Source: Mytilus edulis (Eukaryota). From it: DNA of 64,000 bases. The stretch is taken from contig NC_092344.1 of NCBI RefSeq assembly GCF_963676685.1, positions 76,818,001 to 76,882,000 on the forward strand, written 5' to 3'. This document shows, one piece after another, positions 1 to 12,610 of this stretch. Below the pieces are notes generated by a model. That model was not told the DNA's origin and searched no databases. It was given only the letters and a program-made list of their open reading frames with translations. Position 1 is the stretch's first letter. The number at the start of each line of letters is the position of its first letter. The position numbers and the translations under genes are program-made.

Positions 1-731
1 CTGCAAATATATCTTTCAATTTGTGTTTTACACTTACTTTTCTATGTTTTAGTTAATTTAATGTTTTAATTTACTACAAAATGGGACATCGTTCTCAAAG
101 ATGCCGCAGAAAAAATTATAGGTGGCGCTGTTTGTGGGCGTGAACATTTTACATACGGGTTCTTTTTTTGTCGACAAATTGACCTCTATCTGTCAGATTC
201 AGGCGTTTGCCTTCCAACTGTTGGTTATTGCGTTACACGATAATGTCATCACCCCTTTATCGCGTTAAATTGGATCCTTGAAATACTAGCGCATTTGGAC
301 GGTATGTCGATATATTTCCTCATCAGTCGTATCAGTTATTGCACGGATTTCTTCGTTATTTAGATAAAATAATAGTCTACCGTCAATCAAGTTTTCAATA
401 TAGCTGACTGCCGTTTATATTTTCCCTCCACTGTCTGAATCAAGTATATTCCTCTTCGAATACATGTGTTCGCGCGATGCAATATAAAACATAGTCTTAC
501 TTATTGTTTCTTTCGATACAATAACAAGCTGAAATACCTAAGACGAGGATTTGACGACTTTATCACGTCTAATTTTTCAAACATTTTTATTTGTAGCTTG
601 ATTTCAACGGCAATCCTTATTTCAAACGATAGTTTCCCTACTGATTTAATCACTGATGATTCATTTTGGATCAACATGGATTTTGAGCTAAAATTATTTT
701 TACTGTTCTATATATTCTTGTAAGACAATTA

Positions 732-850
732 GGAGATAATTGTGTTGTATTTTAAGCTCCGACGGCATTAATTGGGGATTTGATGGTTGGAACTTAGGTT
801 TACTTGCGACGCGTTAGCGTCGGAGCTTAAAATACAATATTGTTATCTCC
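732..850. repeat. Hairpin-type dispersed element with ~33-bp inverted arms
   Basis: GGAGATAATTGTGTTGTATTTTAAGCTCCGACG (732-764) is the near reverse complement of CGTCGGAGCTTAAAATACAATATTGTTATCTCC (818-850). Confidence 0.8.
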
Positions 851-1865
851 ATTCTAATGAAACTGACAGAAAACAACGTTAAAAAATGAACGTTACAAAC
901 GTTGTTGCATTAGAAATAGGATAATTAACCATGGTAATCCCTTGACCAACATACGATATTCATAGATTTGTAGTGGTCGCATTTTCTTATTATGGTATAC
1001 AATCTTCTTTTATGACCAATAGAGCGTAATTCAGAAATAATTTCTTACTCTGAATATTGACTACTTCCTTTTAAACGACGGCTTACAGTTGATTATGTTG
1101 ATTAACTGGAATTTTAGAAATAAGTCTTTTTCTCGGTGTTTCCATCTTAAACCTGAAGTATACATTTATCAAACACTTTATCACTTATATTTTTATCTCT
1201 GTATTAGTATCACATATTTTGACCTATTTCTTTATGCGAGTCACAGCTTTAGCCTGCCGTTTAGAATTAATTTGTAGAAAACATTAATATATAAATATAA
1301 ACGAAATTGTGCTTTTCCGTTAAAGTTAAAGTTCAAATACATTTTGTTTTAGATCTAATGATCATTAAAAAAAAGGAAGAAAAACGTATCTTGAAATCTG
1401 GTACCCCTATAATGTTCAGGTAGGCACAAAAAAAGGAAATTGAATGCCCAACAATTTCATTTGAATAGATTTAAATCATGATTGCTATTTATGTTAACAT
1501 CGTATTTGCTAGAACTTTTGTTTAAACACTAAAATCGACGTTTGTTATCGAAAAAACAAAAATTAGGCAAAGGTGAGCCGAAATAATTTAATGGTTCATC
1601 TAAGTTCGTAGTACGGTTGGTACAGTATGAAATCTAGAAGGCATTTATTGATTTTTAGTAAGTTGTACCATACACATTATGATGAAAACCGCTGTCAAAT
1701 AAACAAGCAACGGAGTTTCATACGGTAATCAATGAAAGAGTGTTATGCTGTTTTTATATTTGACTAAATGTATTAAATAAAGTTTTTGGATTCAATACTA
1801 TATTGTTTTGCTTGATTGATTTGAGGGAAAACATTCTCTTTTGAAACATAACGTCAATAAATACA

Positions 1866-1952
1866 ATGAACAAAACTAGAATAGTGTGCTCATTATTCCT
1901 TTTTCTTATTGCTTTTATTTTACACAATATTTGCAAAAGAAACTACGTTAAG
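1866..1952 (+). CDS. GT92-family glycosyltransferase, coding exon 1 (signal anchor)
   Basis: MNKTRIVCSLFLFLIAFILHNICKRNYVK: basic N-terminus plus hydrophobic stretch (type II membrane protein). Ends AAG|GTAATT, phase 0, compatible with the acceptor at 2432. Confidence 0.65.
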
Positions 1953-2432
1953 GTAATTAGTCTTTAGTCTATTTACTCAATTGTCGCATACACAAAGAAA
2001 CACACACATACTGATGCAACGATTTCATATATATCTGCCGAAGTTCGATAGTTATCTCCAGGTACTCCGCCAATTACAGCCGCCATAAAAAAAAAGTCCG
2101 AGGTACAGAAAGTTGTGCTAGAAACTTATAACTAATCAACCTTAAATAGTTATTATGGACGTGAACGTGGTATTATGGACGTATGCGCTCTAAATTATAG
2201 AGAGTCACACATATGAAGTATCAACAAAAAGAAAAAAAACATTTACCACTTGAGTTTTAAATGAAACCAATCCCCACTATGATGCTTTATTAACTCGCTT
2301 TAAATTATCAGCAGTGTAAATTGCAAAATGAGTTAAGTGAAGCATCATAAAGTTTCACAAAACCTAACATAAATTGAACAAGAAAATAATACATTTGAAA
2401 TTGGTAACTTACAGGATTTTGTATAATTTCAG

Positions 2433-2997
2433 AATATCGAATCTTGTTTTGAAACTGTACATGTATTCTCTGCAGTAGCGGAAGCAAAGACAGAATGGAG
2501 TTTTATAGAGAATATTGTTCTTAATGTCCTGGATGGCTCTAAACAGTCTAATTGCGACTGTTGTATATATGGGTATCAAGGAACACCTATTTATCGTGTA
2601 AATGCTGTCGTGAAAGAGACCTATATCCATAACAGTAAATTTACTGACTTAATAGCAAGACAATTCCAGTGTTCTGTAAGAAATATTGGTTTTAGGATGA
2701 TCAATATACAATTAATTGGAAAAATGGAATCATGTAGTATTTCGTATAATGTTCATCCTGTGTTATACCCAGAGATAAAAGAAAACGGATTCGGAATATG
2801 TGCAAAAATAGCTTACAATTATCTAAATCCATTGCACCTTATTGAGTGGTTCGAATATCAGAAAATGATGGGTGTAGACATGGTTCTTATATCTTTACAA
2901 TCCTTAAATAAAGATGCGTATAAAGTTTTGAGATATTATGAAAGAGAAGGGATTACAACAATAATTTCTTTTCCAAATGATATGCCTGGGAAATTAG
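2433..2997 (+). CDS. GT92-family glycosyltransferase, exon 2
   Basis: ATTTCAG| acceptor; open frame NIESCFETVHVFSAV...FGICAKIAYNYLNPLHLIEWFEYQKMMGVD...VLRYYEREG; G|GTAAGT donor (phase 1). The LIEWFEY..MMGV and VLRYYE.EG motifs are typical of GT92/DUF23. Confidence 0.88.
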
Positions 2998-4215
2998 GTA
3001 AGTACTTGAAAAATATTTAAACAACGACAACAGTAAATTCAATAATCACTTTCAAATTAGGTTTATGTTTCTTCCGAAAATATCATGTCACGTACCTACA
3101 AGGAATGACATAACTAATGACAGATAATTAAATGACAAATGACATACACGCAAAGAATATCAACTGAATCATCTGCATATGTATAATATTTTGAACATGG
3201 ATATATTATACATGGTGTGTACTACACACTACAAATTCCTACAAAAGAGGGACAGGAATGTAGATGAAAAACAACACAATGCAAGGTAGACAACAACAAA
3301 ATAAAAAAAAAGAAAGACCAAGCAGCATGGCCCTAAATAAGAAAACTGCTAGATAATGGCCAATAGCAGCTAAAAACAAATTTATCTGTAAGGTCATTTT
3401 TTTAACCACTCCAAAATATAATTAGCATTGCATAGTATATGAATATACATTCTCATAAACATAATAGACAAAAGATCGAGGGTTTGTTATGTAATTTAGG
3501 TTTAGTTTGAATCAACAAAAGTGACGTCAATAATCATAATAAAGTTGAGATAAAAGTTGATTAAAGGGATGTTCATAATATAAAAGATTTGGTAAAAAAT
3601 CGAAAAAATGACGTCTATAATTGAAAGGGCTTTGACAGTGTTCGAAAGTTAAGAAAAATAAAAATAACGGAATATTAAATAGTTGCACTAAAGTCTATTA
3701 CTATCGTTAGCTGGGAAACGTTTCTAAATGCTTTTAATTGCAATATAATAAAAAAAAATGAATGGTATGTTCGGTAGTTTGAAAATAAATAACGTGACTT
3801 ACAAGGTATTGAAATAAATAACTTGACAAGTCTTTTAATCCGTTATATAAAAGCTATTTCAATGTATGAGATGGCACAAGGTTCTACCAAAATTCGTTTT
3901 TCTTTAATATTATTTAAAAAAAAATAACGAATCATTCATACCCTACAAAAAGACCAATGCGACCACTAGCATTGACTTATGCGGTAATTGATTTATTGTA
4001 CTATGAATATATTTCAATGTCTTAAAAAATACACTTAAATCTAAACACAATACTAGACTAGAAAAGACAAATCTGTGATTAATCAGGCGGTATAAAAACA
4101 GCACATACATGTAGCAATGAGGTATAAAAAATGTCTTTGAGTCTACACTTATTATACAAGTACACTTATTATACAAGTTAGGAACTACATCGTTTAATTG
4201 TAATGTGTTATTTTA

Positions 4216-4902
4216 AAAAAGAGGGACCAAAGATGCTAGAGGAACAGTCAAAATCATAAATCGAACATAAACTGACAACGCCATGGCTAAAAATGAAACA
4301 GACAAATAAACGTACAAAAGAAACAACATAGAAAACTAAAGACTGAGCAACACGAACCCTATCAAAAACTGGGGATGATCTCAGGTGCTCCGGAAGGGTA
4401 AGCATATTCTGCTCCATATGTGTCACCCGTCGTGTTGCTCATGTTATTATTAACCCGGTAAATAGCCTAATTCGGTAGGTCACACTCATGAAAAGGGGAG
4501 GGGACTGTAGTCACGACGTAAGAAAATTTTCGATATCATCTGGGACACGGTTATTCCATAACGGTCAACCAACTTGTAATGGCGTCTGTAAATTTTACGA
4601 AGGGATGATTTCAACTTCACCATTTGGAACACTTGGTTTAATAGAATCCTTGTGAGCAGCAACCCTCTATCCAGGAAATCAAGATATGAAATACAAGCGC
4701 GGGAATATCGTATCAATTTGGAGATATAAACTCCGTATGCAGGCGCTGCTGGAATGTTGCTGCATAGAAATAAAAAGTTCAGAATTGAGAAGCTAACATT
4801 ATCTGGTTTGTCGTAAAGTTTTGCTTTCAACAGACCCTCATTGTCAATATCTAAGTAAGTCAAGATATGAGGTAGACTAAACTGTTTTAGTTGTATCCTT
4901 TA
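4216..4902 (-). mobile_element. 5'-truncated Penelope-like retroelement (RT C-terminus plus 3' end) in GT92 intron 2
   Basis: YLDIDNEGLLKAKLYDK..F.ILNF.FLCSNIPAAPAYGVYISKLIRYSRAC is homologous to the RT thumb region of the element at 39759-40388. Confidence 0.85.
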
Positions 4903-5445
4903 TATAAATGAAAACTATTAACTGTTTTTGATAATGTATTTTATTTGCAACCTCCCTGTCACCCCCCCCCCCCCCCCAAAAAAAAAAAAGAAGAAAACAA
5001 CACAAAAAAATAAAAGAAAAACAGCCAAATACTTAACTTTGTGTACAAAAATTTTGCTTTGTCCTACATATTGGTCTTTTGATATTTCACTTCAAACTAA
5101 AAGTCTTACACTGAAACACTGAATGTATACATTTTACTTTGAGACCAGGATATTCATTAGAAAATTAACTTAAAGGATTCTGTTAATATTATACTAGCAT
5201 ATAAAAATCTATTAATCAATTCTGTTATATTTTTTTTCTAGTTTATCTATTTGATCACATTTAATTATACCTTTCATGTCAGTATTATTTTATTTTCTCA
5301 TATCACATTATATTTTCTTCCTAATGTACATGTAATACTAACCACTTTATATGAACCCTTTATGTATGTACTGTTAAAGTGACAAATTAATATTGAAAAC
5401 ATGTTTATCTACTGAAAAATGATCAATTGTTTTTTCGTGTTTTAG

Positions 5446-5615
5446 ATAGAGGATTTACATTACAACAATGGCATTACCATCAAAGTTCCCACGATGAACA
5501 GGTGGCTGTTTACTCATGTAAAGAATTTTTACAGGGATTTGCTTTTGTGGCGATCATAGATTTTGACGAAATCATCGTTAACGATAGATTTTCTAAATAC
5601 ACACACATACTAATG
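5446..5615 (+). CDS. GT92-family glycosyltransferase, exon 3 (DxD motif)
   Basis: TTTTAG| acceptor, phase 1 join (G+AT = Asp); DRGFTLQQWHY..HDEQVAVYSCKEFLQGFAFVAIIDFDEII; ATG|GTAACT donor. Confidence 0.88.
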
Positions 5616-6619
5616 GTAACTATACGTAGAAAGTAGATTTCATATTTTGAGGATTTAAACGATTAATTTAAGAAAGAGAAAGATAACGTAACAATGTAAA
5701 ATGAGCTAAGAATATTAAACATCAAAATTTGAAAAAAGGAAAAGAATAATTTAAATCTTACTTCAGGATATTTTTTATTGTATTCTTTATCGGATTTTTT
5801 TATGTAATAGAATAATGATTTTTCTTTAGAGTTCATTAAACATTATTTACCATCATAAACTGTGCTGCTGACGTGTCCGTCGTTGAGTCTCAAATCCACT
5901 GCATACATAATATACATTTGCAAGTGCCAATGCGTTCTTCGCACATAAAAAAAGCTCTGGCCATTACTGACCTCAGACGAAATTGATTTATAATAGGCAC
6001 TAGAATGCAACTTTAGGAATCAAAACAAAGGCAATGAAAAACGACTTTAGTTATGTAGACATTCCACATTCCGGTATTAAAATCTACTGTCAGGACGGAC
6101 ACAGATTTGGTAAGGTCGACATGCGATTTGGAAGACCACCATAGAAACATTTTTACATTTCGTTTCTTTTATTCATAAAGGAAATGTAATTTTTAATAAG
6201 CTATAACCGCATATATAGTAATGTGCTAGTATGCGTATATCAAGTGCAGGATGTCAGATCACTCGTCAGTTGAAATCAAAGATGTGAAAATAGGAATTTG
6301 CTGATTTGTGCTAAGTACGAAAGGTTTACAAGAATGAAAAGTAGTAAAAAACAGTCGGTTCGATGTTCGATTCTTTTGGATGCCATTTGTGGAACAAGAA
6401 GCGCATGATATCCAGTGCATCAAATATATCAATTTGATTATTTTAGAAGAGTTGTTCTTTTTGATTTTGATTCAGTGTTCAGTATAATATGTTTTGATGT
6501 GTGTGTTTTTTTTTAATCTATGTTACCGTATCATCTTTTCTTAAGCCTTGCAATATTGTGAAGTTAAGAGATAAGATAATTAAACTGCTTTGTTTAGAAA
6601 TAGAACAAGGCATAATGTA

Positions 6620-6824
6620 TTGTTAAATTCTGACATTATTGCGAGGTTTTTATTAATGCGACTTGGTGAGTACTGCAATAATAAGAACTCGCATTTAAAT
6701 ATCTGATTCATGTATATATAGCTGTAGGCAGATTTTCTTGAAATGACAATAATTTATCTCGAGTTGTTGTTCATTTTACCATATTCTCAATAATAAATGC
6801 ACGCACTAATTTCAGAATTTACAG
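6620..6824. mobile_element. Tc1/mariner-type MITE
   Basis: Imperfect TIRs TTGTTAAATTCTGACATTATTGCG / CGCACTAATTTCAGAATTTACAG, flanked by TA on both sides. Confidence 0.65.
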
Positions 6825-7014
6825 TAAATAATATTTCAGTTTCTATAATTGAACAACACAACATTAATTATGTAAGAAAATGAAACTACCCTTAACGGGT
6901 GCATATCGTGTTACCAGAAGCGTACATAAATTCTCGCATTTTTTTTTATTATTACAATAACATAATTCCTCCTTCTCTTCCTTCACAATAATCTATGTAC
7001 AATTTAATTTTTAG

Positions 7015-7232
7015 TCTGAGATCTTACCGTTATATCCGGATGCGTCTGCCTTTACCCTGAATGTGTCGTTCTTTATAACGGATTGGGGAGTATCAGGCGT
7101 AGAACCTCTGATAACCAGTAAATATATAAGACGAACATGTCCTCTTGCATATCGATATAAAAATATTTATATGCCAAACAGAACAGAAACAATTGATACA
7201 CATAGAATATGGCCAAAGAATGGATACCTAAG
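7015..7232 (+). CDS. GT92-family glycosyltransferase, exon 4
   Basis: TTTTTAG| acceptor, phase 0; SEILPLYPDASAFTLNVSFFITDWG...YKNIYMPNRTETIDTHRIWPKNGYL; AG|GTATGA donor. The homologous exon is present in the minus-strand paralogue. Confidence 0.85.
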
Positions 7233-7838
7233 GTATGAAGTAACAAGTTCATTATTAAATAATTGGAAAACATATACATGTATGTATGTTTGACAGGTTA
7301 AATGTAGACGTGTATTGGGCTTGACATTAATTCGTTTAACATATAGCTATATACTTCAAGAACGACAGAAAAACACCAATAGTTATATTTGTATTCAAAG
7401 ACCACGAAGCATTCTTCATTTTTATGCCTTATAATACATTTTGATAAAGTATTCAGTCACATGTTAACCCTTCTTATCATTAACAAAAAGTGGTGTTACA
7501 TTTTAGGCCACTTTTGAATGATACATAACGAAACATTAAGAAATCTATCCCGCTGTATACAGCACATGTTCTTTAAATTAGTTTAATTTCGGGTATTCGA
7601 CGAAACGACATAAGTTATGTACAACTACACTGCCATGAAGTGTAATGTAAACTAATGTGTGGTAGGTTGTGATAGGCAAATGAAAGTATTCACACTAAAA
7701 TGTCTCTTGATGCCGTTAAGTACCAATAAAAAAGTCAACACACAACTTAAACGGACAAACACACAAACTTTTATTCTATTTACATTACGCACAATGAGTA
7801 TTTCGAGTCTTCAGGCTCCGCCAAAGACAAATATAGTA

Positions 7839-8736
7839 CAGTCAAACCTGATTAAACCGGACCCTGAATAAACCGGTTTCCTGTCCATTTCGGCCGAAAA
7901 TGAAATTCCAATATTTTTCCATCCAAAGTCTTTGTTAAAATACCCTTTGTAAACCGGACCCTTGTATTATGAATTCCGGTCAAATTATGAAGTCCCAATA
8001 CTCTTAATTACATGAATTATTACCTGTCAAAACCGGTTTGTCTAATTAATTTCAATGATCGATATGCAATCAAAACAGATTTGTTTATACAATATGGCTT
8101 TTCGTGAGAATCAATTAGTCAGGTGTCAAACTGTAAACCTACAATCGTACAGTAGTGAGCTGTATTATTTATCAAAACATTATAAACGTGTCAATTAAAC
8201 GAAAAGACACACCGAATACATCTTGGATTGAACTTACGTTTTAACTTGGATAAACAAATCAAAATAGCGGAGTAAGAAATTCACATCGTGATTTCGAAAT
8301 TCTGGGTTCCCTGTTGTGAACCCCTAAACAAATGACCTTGATATTGAAAAAAACCCGGAAGACAATAGTCAATGGATATTGTATACTGTATAACAACGTT
8401 TCGAAAGTGATGAAACTACGTTTGATAATATTCTGGCTTTTTTATCGGCCATTCCAACATTTCAAATTATTGATCATGGGAGTAAATAGAAACTATCGTC
8501 TTACAATCCAAACAACGCGAGCATTATGATGCAAATGCAAACAATAAAAAACGAAGTGAAAGTATTTTAATTTATCAGATAAAATTTACAAACAGAGAGA
8601 ACTTTTACATGCAAAATTTAGGACTTCACAAGTCATTAACTTCCGGTCAAAACGGAAATCTGAATAAACCGGCTCACTGTCCAAACCGGCCCTTTTTCAT
8701 AGTCCCGTAGCCGGCCGGTTTATACAGGTTTTACTG
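7839..8736. mobile_element. Non-autonomous Tc1/pogo-type DNA transposon (898 bp)
   Basis: TA|CAGTCAAACCTGATTAAACCGG ... CCGGTTTATACAGGTTTTACTG|TA, with subterminal AAACCGG repeats at both ends. Confidence 0.85.
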
Positions 8737-10544
8737 TACTGCATTAGGTGACTTCTATATACTTCTCTTAACTAAATAGCACTGCATCACTTGGTCTCTG
8801 CTGGAGAGTTATCTAATTGGTAAACATACCTCATCTTCTTATTTCTATATAAAGTACAAGTCGTTTGAATATTTTCTACTATATGTATAGAAACATTAAT
8901 AAAAACCGGGACTTTAGGAAAAAGTAAAATCACAAAAATACTGAACTTCGCGGAAAATTCAAAAATGGAAAGTCCTCAACTAAACGGCAAAATCAAATGA
9001 CAAAACACATCAACTGTCACATTCCCGATCCGGCACATGCATTCTTAAATGTAGAAAATGGTGGAACATGCAAGAAATAATTATATAAATTTTAATTTGG
9101 CTATATATAACGTTAATTGGTCATCATTAGTTGTGAAAAGAACTAACCAAAGAACACTTTACCAAAATGCACTAAACATGTAGGCCTACGTGCAAACATT
9201 AACAGCAGAAAACATAGTAGCGGCTTTTGTTTTCTTTACAACCACATAAGCTTACATATGTGTTTCAACCCCTTTGCTAAGAAAAAATATGTGAAAAAGT
9301 TTAAATAGATGTTTTATTTTTGTTTTCAAAACAATGGAAAAAATCTACTTCTAACCACAGTCTTATACTTCTTGAAGCAATGTTCATGTATACGATTTTT
9401 TTGTAAATTTAAGTTAAATTTAAACGTATTGAAATAAGAATGTATTGTTTGGTTTCTAATGCACATCAACGTATTTTCTTTCTCGTTACAGGGTCTCACT
9501 TCAATCTCACAATATAATCCTTCATCACTACAGAGATTGCAATAAATTAGATATGTTTCCTGGTGACTGCATGTCATATCCAAAATATACAGATAATAAA
9601 ATGATTAAAATAATGCCAAAATTGTATGCTCGAGTCGTCGCTACTAAAAAGAGATGTAAACTATAATATTCCTTATTTTTTCAAGATTGCATCTATAAAT
9701 ATTGGGTACACCCAAATCGATGATTTTATTCATGCCTAAGTATTTTACTTAGTTATATTAATCTATACAACTAAGAAAACCAATTCTTCTCTGAACAGTT
9801 AAAAGTCCATCAACCCAAATAGTCATATCTAGATAGGAAAACATTATGTTTTAGTTTAAATTGTCAATTTTTGTGCCAGATAATAGCTAAATTAATGATG
9901 ATTCCGAAAATATATCGTTTTTATATATTTTTCTTGAACAAAATACGAAATCTGGTTTTATTGCTTACTAGAACTCCAGCTTATATGCCAACCTATTTAT
10001 ACAATTTTAAACTTTTTATTCAAAAAATAAAATCTTTTTTTAGCGCTCTTTGAACGTGAACTTGTAGGATAGTTCTAGCTTCTATTCATTCTAATGCAAA
10101 AGACCCTATATTTAGTCTGTCTCAGATGAATAAATAAACAGGCGTCAAAAAGATAAGCACAGTTTGCTGCAAATGAAATACCAATTTTCAAAAGAAAAAA
10201 AAACACGTTTTTCAAACGTAACAAACAAATTATTACTTAAAAACAATCATCTTAATAATAATGTTTTGTCTAGATCATAAACTTTTTTTGTTTTCAAACT
10301 TTCAGTCTAATTTTTGTGTTATGCCATGGCTTTTGTTTATCTTTTAGTTAAACAAGATATTTGTATCTACGATGTCCATTTTTTATGAATCATTTTATTG
10401 TCTTATTCTGTCAAACAGTTTATAATGAGGAAACAGTTGTCAAGTACCCAAGTAAAGACACTTAAATTGCATGCTTTCTTAAAGATTTTTATGTATTAAA
10501 CTTGCATAACGTATATGTGTGTTACGGGTGGATTTAATTGAATG

Positions 10545-10668
10545 ATTGATTTTTTTGTGTTTTTACGCCACTTTTAAGCACCGATTTTCAAAAGGCTTTT
10601 TCGTGGCAGCCAGTTGTTATTGGTGAAGGGAGCCAAAGTGCCCGGAGAAAACCACCGATCTTCGATAG
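10545..10668 (-). mobile_element. SINE fragment (conserved central-domain type)
   Basis: The reverse strand reads GGTGGTTTTCTCCGGGCACTTTGGCTCCCTTCACCAATAA, resembling the conserved core of molluscan tRNA-SINEs (recognised from memory). A more degenerate + copy lies near 2050. Confidence 0.45.
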
Positions 10669-10709
10669 TCACCGAGGCCTTCGGGTGGATTTAACATACA
10701 TAAATAAGT

Positions 10710-11172
10710 ATAACTGTGAGCTACTGCTCACTGATGATTCCCCCGTCGAAGTATTTCGGCAAACAGGAAGATGTTGAGTGATGAATCTGAAAACCCTTCA
10801 CACATTTATTTAAACCCTGAAACCAAATTAGAGAAGTCCTTGTATTATGGTTCCTGAGGAAAATATGTCGAAAATGTTCAGCTTGACTATGACGTGTAAA
10901 GTGATACAAGTATTAGGTAAACAGGAAATTGTTGAGTGATGAATCTGAAAACGCATCACACAGTATAGCTGAATATGCGGTATGGGGTTTGCTCATTGTT
11001 GAAGGCCGTACGGTGACCTATAGTTGTTAGTTGCTGTGTCCGTTTGGTCTCTTGTGGACAGTTGTTTCATTGGCAATCTTACCACATCTTCTTTTTTTAT
11101 ATTATATGAATCCTGAAACCAAAATTAGGTAAAACAGTATACCCTTCACTTTTTTTTAAAGCGGAATAAAAT
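10710..11172 (+). mobile_element. Helentron-associated (HINE/DINE-like) non-autonomous element with nested insertion
   Basis: Internal ~160-bp direct repeat (AAACAGGAA..TGTTGAGTGATGAATCTGAAAAC at ~10760 and ~10919) and a terminal GGTAAAACAGTATACCC..GCGG motif. Interrupted at ~10974-11103 by the common PLE 3'-end repeat. Confidence 0.5.
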
Positions 11173-11269
11173 AAAATAATCAAAGCAATGAATGAGGTTG
11201 TTAAATTTTATATATGCCTTTTTGTGCTTGTTTGTTAAATACTTGTTTGTTTTTATTGGGATAAAGATT

Positions 11270-11550
11270 ATGACACAATGTTGATTGCTCTCAACCTATT
11301 TTGACACTTTAACTTTTATGTCTGTTTGTTTTGTTAACGCATCGTTGTCAATATAATGGCTTATGATACGACTAACATACACGTCAGAGGTTAAGCTAGC
11401 TATTAAACCGGGTTCAATCCACCATGTTCTACATAATACAATGCCTGTACTAAGTCAGGAAAACGACAGTATTTATCCATTCGTTTGATGTGTTTGAGCA
11501 TTTTACTATTACATTTGATGAGGGACTTTCCGTTTTTAATTTTCCTATGT
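11270..11550 (+). repeat. Dispersed repeat family B copy (GGTTCAATCCACC...CCTGTACCAAGTCAGG...)
   Basis: Homologous copies at 8920-9065(-), 12940-13216(+), 60640-60860(-), 60950-61150(+), 61755-61970(+) and 62337-62596(-). Fixed T-rich 3' end and variable 5' truncation suggest retroposition. Confidence 0.8.
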
Positions 11551-12319
11551 TTTTCGAAAAACAATTTATATCATGCTTTTTACAAAAATATATAAAAAAA
11601 ATATGGATTACTATTTGAAGCTACAACTGGTTATGCACTATTGTCAGATTGGGAAAGACTAAACATTTAAAAACAAAATAGATAGAAAAAATGTCGACGC
11701 TTTATAAATAAAACAGAAGATATGCACCAAGCCAGGAATATGACAGTTGTTATCTAATAGTTCATATAAATATGTTGCATTGTTGTTTGTTTTTTGTTGC
11801 ACTTATGCGTTCTGTTATTTCGTTGGTTTTCCTTTTATAGTTGATGTGTTTCCTTTTGTTTTAGTTTGTAACCCGGATTTGTTTTCTCTTGATCGATTTA
11901 TGACTTTTAAACAACGGTAAACTAATGTTGCTTTGAACCAGGGGTATGTCAAAGAACGCCTCGTCCTTTTTCATCTGAAGGTACCAGGGCCTTGTTAATA
12001 ACTATTCCGTATCAACTTCACAAATAATACATGATGGTCTTGATGTATAGATTTTGCGTATTGAAGTTGTTTATCATCTTAACAACGTGTTATATCGTTC
12101 TTCTATTTGTCTTTGTTCTATTATTAATATTACTTTTACTGTTGGATTGTTGTATGTTATATGCATTTAACGTGGCTCGGTACTTAAACATCCAGTCAAT
12201 GTGTTTGTATTATCTTTCATGTTTTGCTGTTGTGTTTTGTATATGCGACTTTTTGTGTTTCTTTGATTCTTATAACGTAACTCTTTACTTTAAAATATCC
12301 CGTCAGCATGCTATTGTTC

Positions 12320-12610
12320 TATTATATGTCATTATGATATATTTCATAATATATTATATGTCATTATGATATATTTCATAATATATTATCATGATTATAT
12401 GTCATTATGATATATTTCATAATATATTATATGTCATTATGATATATTTCATAATATATTATATGTCATTATGATATATTTCATAATATATTATATGTCA
12501 TTATGATATATTTCATAATATATTATATGTCATTATGATATATTTCATAATATATTATATGTCATTATGATATATTTCATAATATATTATATGTCATTAT
12601 GATATATTTC
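12320..12610. repeat. Minisatellite, 32-bp unit, about 9 copies
   Basis: TATTATATGTCATTATGATATATTTCATAATA repeated almost perfectly; one unit has a 9-bp insertion near 12390. Confidence 0.95.

Noticed and set aside
6200-6420. Degenerate tRNA-derived SINE in GT92 intron 3
   Set aside because: Only a faint resemblance from memory; A and B boxes are not recognisable.
11385-11423. tRNA gene or Pol III B-box in family B (GGTTCAATCC)
   Set aside because: No cloverleaf or A-box at the proper spacing, and the motif is internal to the repeat.
12031-12369. Hydrophobic ORF, and most other 60-120 aa ORFs in the track
   Set aside because: Low-complexity translations of AT-rich or repeat DNA with no motifs or splice support.
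12320-12610. CRISPR-like array
   Set aside because: Head-to-tail identical units with no unique spacers, eukaryotic context and no cas genes.
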